From assembly GCA_964016885.1 (NCBI GenBank), contig OZ024755.1, positions 20,212,001 through 20,276,000 of the forward strand: a DNA stretch of 64,000 nt, read 5' to 3'. Of the stretch, positions 59,551 to 64,000 are shown piece by piece; within the stretch, counting starts at the first letter, position 1; each line of letters begins with the position of its first letter. The DNA comes from Eledone cirrhosa. Taxonomy: Eukaryota. Position numbers and translations under genes: made by a program. The notes below the pieces were generated by a model. That model saw only the letters and a program-made list of their open reading frames with translations. It had not been told where the DNA came from and did not search any database.

Positions 59551-60491
59551 ATATATATATATATACACACAAATATATATATATACACAAATATATATAT
59601 ATACATATACAAATATATATATACACATATACAAATATATATATACAAATATATATATACAAATATATATATATATATACAAATATATATATATATATAC
59701 AAATATATATATATATATACAAATATATATATATATATACAAATATATATATATATATACAAATATATATATATATATACAAATATATATATATATATAC
59801 AAATATATATATATATATACAAATATATATATATATATACAAATATATATATATATATACAAATATATATATATATATACAAATATATATATATATATAC
59901 AAATATATATATATATATACAAATATATATATATATATACAAATATATATATATATATACAAATATATATATATATACAAATATATATATATATATACAA
60001 ATATATATATATATATACAAATATATATATATACAAATATATATATATATATACAAATATATATATATATATACAAATATATATATATATATACAAATAT
60101 ATATATATATATACAAATATATATATATATATACAAATATATATATATATATACAAATATATATATATATACAAATATATATATATATATACAAATATAT
60201 ATATATATATACAAATATATATATATATACAAATATATATATATATACAAATATATATATATATATACAAATATATATATATATATACAAATATATATAT
60301 ATATATACAAATATATATATATAAATATATATATATATACAAATATATATATACAAATATATATATATATACAATTTCATATAATATATATATATACAAA
60401 TATATATATATATCCTATTTCATATAATATATATATATACAAATATATATATATATCCAATTTCATATAATATATAGATATACAAATATAT
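59551..60491. repeat. minisatellite of about 20-bp units, CAAA(TA)n
   Basis: Regular CAAA-punctuated TA runs. Confidence 0.95.
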
Positions 60492-60637
60492 TTTGAGTAT
60501 ATGTTGGTTGTATACCAACACGTCAGTATGCAGGCTGGAGCACTCAACGAAGTGCGCAGGTTGGTTTGGTTACTCCGGAGTAATGTAAAATAAAGTTAAA
60601 TAAAAAGTCAAATGTTTAAAATTTAGCTTCGTTTATT

Positions 60638-60692
60638 ACTGCTATATATATTTCAGTGACAGCCATCTTTGGCTGTGACCTCTTCAGGCAGT
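60638..60692 (-). ncRNA. type I hammerhead ribozyme in the PLE 3' region
   Basis: ACTGC-CTGAAGA-GGTCACAGCCA(AAGA)TGGCTGTCACT-GAAA-TATATA-TA-GCAGT, immediately followed by AATAAA. Confidence 0.85.
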
Positions 60693-60855
60693 CCGAATTA
60701 GTGTGGTATAGACAAGTACATATGTTGTTGAGGTGTATAATTTTGTCAATACTCTGATATGCCCAGTTCCTGGTTGGGTTGTTATTTCACTGAGGAACTG
60801 GAATCATATGAATTAAAACAAACGAATTTCAGTGTCAAAGGGCCTCTTCTCCTCT

Positions 60856-60997
60856 CATTGGTCAGATGTTAGAACATTCCTCATTCTAAGTGTTGTTATT
60901 GTTGGAGTTAGCTTAACAAATTGATAAAGTGGTAGAAGGAACAAGGTGGTAAAGGAACAAAATAACAAAAAACGTGTCAAACTTCCCATTGGTCAGA
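60856..60997 (-). promoter_or_regulatory. two CCAAT boxes in the PLE 3' region (putative pLTR promoter)
   Basis: TCTGACCAATG on the minus strand at 60856-60866 and 60987-60997, upstream of the hammerhead. Confidence 0.4.
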
Positions 60998-61835
60998 AGT
61001 CTATAGAATAATTCTTTCTGGGGTGAGGCTCCGTGTAGTGTTTGTGTTTGCTATTGTTAAGTACATTTGACCTCTACCATTATTTCGGTATTGTTGTTGG
61101 TGTTGTGGTAAGCTTATGAATTGCTGCTGCTGACAATTTAGAAGTATCTGTGTGTGTTTTTTCTTCATCCCTCCTGCCACCATCTCTCATAGTGGGGGGG
61201 GGGATTCTTCCATGTATATGAAGAAATATAAGGCAATAAATTAAGAAAACAGAAAATAAATAATAAATAGAGAATAAAGAATAAAGAATAAATGAAAAAT
61301 TGGTGAAAAAGTAATGAAAATGAATATGGAGAAGTGAAACATAAAATGAAGATTCAAATAAAGTAGGATAAAGTGTGTGTGTGCTATAACCAATCTCAAG
61401 GTCAGAAATATGTTGGATAGATTGGTATGAGGGACAAGATGTTAAAATAAGATAATCACACAAAATGTGTTTGTTATAATCAATCTCAACTTAAAAATAA
61501 ATATAAGGTGATACAGTGAAGAGAGAAGAAAACAAATAAATTAATAAAGAGAAATCAAGATTTAAAATTGGAACTTGAAAATCAGAAATCAAGTAAATTA
61601 AAATGTGTTTGTGTTATATAGATGTTGGCCAAATTATAATGGCTGTGTCCGATTCAATCTCCAGGCTATCATGGTGTCTGCTCGGCCTGGGTTGTTCCTT
61701 ATGGCTTGAGGGGAGTTCACAACCTAGGGTGTTTTGTTACTGCCCATATAGCTTGAGGGAGGTCTGGCCGAGAGGTGTTTACATGTTCTGTAGAAGTCCC
61801 TATAGCTTGAGGGGAGTTCTCATCTTTTTGTGTTG

Positions 61836-62971
61836 CTACTGTCCATATATCTTGAGGAAGGCTCTAAGGTGTCTGCATGTCCCGAAGAAGTCGGTTCTGA
61901 GGTTTATCAGGCCGCTTCCACCTCTTAGTATCTCGAGGGTCTCGTTCAGGCATAGTTTGCATATACAAGATCCCCCTTTATCGGGTGGTACTTTCCTGAT
62001 TATGTACCAGGCCAGAGAGTACGGGATCCTGTCCAGCTTAAGCTTCCAGATCAGGTCGGAGAGAGCCGTGCTTTTCCTTATGGCCTCCTTATTGAATAAA
62101 TGGCGATGGTTGTACCAGCGGTCTTTAAAGCTTGTTGATGTGGCTCCTATGTAGGGGTGTTCGGAGTTGGGGGTTTTAACCCTACTACCCTATACTAGGT
62201 TCTTCTTGAGGCATTCATTAACAAGGGGGCATGATTCGGGGTTTCTGCAGTTGCAGAGGGTGGTCGACCTCTGCGTGCCTATATTAGGGTTCCCGTTATG
62301 TGTTACATGTTGGTCTTCCCCCAGGCCCGGTGGGGAATCCCCGGGTCTGTTTGGGTTTCTTGTGTGGGCTCTGGGTACCCCTCCCCTCCTTTCACATGGT
62401 TCTGCTGAGTGCTTGTATTGCCATCTTCTGGTTGTGTGTGGTTTTTAAGCCTACTCCTGTTGATGGTAGATATGTGTTGGGCCAGGTTTCTCGTGGTGGA
62501 ATACGAGAGCTTCACAGTGTGTCTGTTGAAGATCCTGTGGTATCTATGGTCCCTCGGGAAGCATTTATCAAGTGCTCCAAAGAATAATCGGGCCAAGCTG
62601 TTCTTTAGGGCCGCTGAGTAGGGTGGATTGTACCACGTGATTTTTCGGTGTCTCCTCCTATATGTGTGGGTCGGGCGCGTCGTGATTTGTTGGAGGTTTG
62701 TTGGGTTGCTAGTGATTCCCGCACTGTTGCTTCCCCTTTGGGCGCTATGCTTTTTGTTATCTTCACGGCCCGAATCTGTGGGGTGGTCGTTGCCCGCGCT
62801 GGGAGATCTATCGTGGGGTGGTCCCCCGTTTCCCCCCTCCCTACGTGTCGTGCGGTTGGGGTCGTCGGTCTTGGGGTGGTTAGCGTCACCCCTGAGACTG
62901 CTACTCATATTGTGTTTCATCTCGTGGTTAAGCGTACTAGTCACCACCGCCCGTGAGGTGGTATCGGGCAC
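61836..62971 (-). pseudogene. PLE linker plus GIY-YIG endonuclease, disrupted
   Basis: RRRHRKITWYNPPYS...LDKCFPRDHRYHRIFNRHTVKLSYS, then a frameshift, then CNCRNPESCPLVNECLKKNLV*GSRVKTPNSEHPYIGATSTSFKDRWYNH...STALSDLIWKLK...CKLCLNE...INLRTDFFGTCRH. There is an in-frame TAG at 62190-62192 and the stop at 61836-61838. Confidence 0.9.
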
Positions 62972-63051
62972 ATGGTGCCTATTTGTTTCTGCTCTGCCTG
63001 TATTGCATTTTTGTTTTTAAAATGCAAAGTCAATAAATACACCAGGATTTT

Positions 63052-63112
63052 TTTCATTCTGATGATTGAAAGCAAAATTTTTTTGCTTTTAAGAAACCAA
63101 TGGTAAATGAAA
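63052..63112 (+). ncRNA. type I hammerhead ribozyme, intact
   Basis: TTTCATT-CTGATGA-TTGAAAGCAAAA(TTT)TTTTGCTTTTAA-GAAA-CCAATGG-TA-AATGAAA: a 7-bp stem I, a 12-bp stem II and a GUA cleavage triplet. Confidence 0.85.
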
Positions 63113-63141
63113 TAATTGCCTTATGTTGTTTATTACATAAC

Positions 63142-64000
<859 letters not shown>

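Larger units (their letters stand above)
60492..63140 (-). mobile_element. Penelope-like retroelement (Neptune-like, GIY-YIG), RT not present, embedded in (TA)n
   Basis: Linker and GIY-YIG coding remnants, a long 3' UTR, a sense hammerhead near the 3' end, an inverted hammerhead segment at the 5' end, and TA-repeat flanks. Confidence 0.85.

Noticed and set aside
61603-63020. Plus-strand ORFs (183, 93, 95, 130 and 102 aa)
   Set aside because: Antisense shadows of the GC-richer PLE coding region.

Overview
AT-rich, microsatellite-dense eukaryotic non-coding DNA. The repeat content looks like a cephalopod (Octopus-like) genome, an inference from recalled SINE and LINE motifs. I find no credible host protein-coding exon, and nearly all long ORFs in the track are (TA/CA/TG)n artefacts. 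Recognisable parts: about 20 copies of one tRNA-derived SINE (many with target-site duplications), other SINEs, several RTE-clade LINE 3' ends, a CRE-like endonuclease fragment, a TTAA-flanked MITE, a tRNA-Asn(GTT) copy, and a degenerate Penelope-like element (PLE, GIY-YIG endonuclease) at about 60.5-63.1 kb. The most striking signal is a dispersed set of about 11 non-coding fold-back (palindromic) elements, most of them next to (TA)n tracts. They are accompanied by type I hammerhead ribozyme motifs with short palindromic stem III. Intact cores lie at 41476-41540 (+), 53411-53475 (-), 53648-53712 (+), 60638-60692 (-) and 63052-63112 (+), and degenerate ones elsewhere. Together they suggest a multi-family, microsatellite-targeted system of ribozyme-bearing non-autonomous PLE derivatives. 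All pairings and alignments were read by eye and need computational confirmation.
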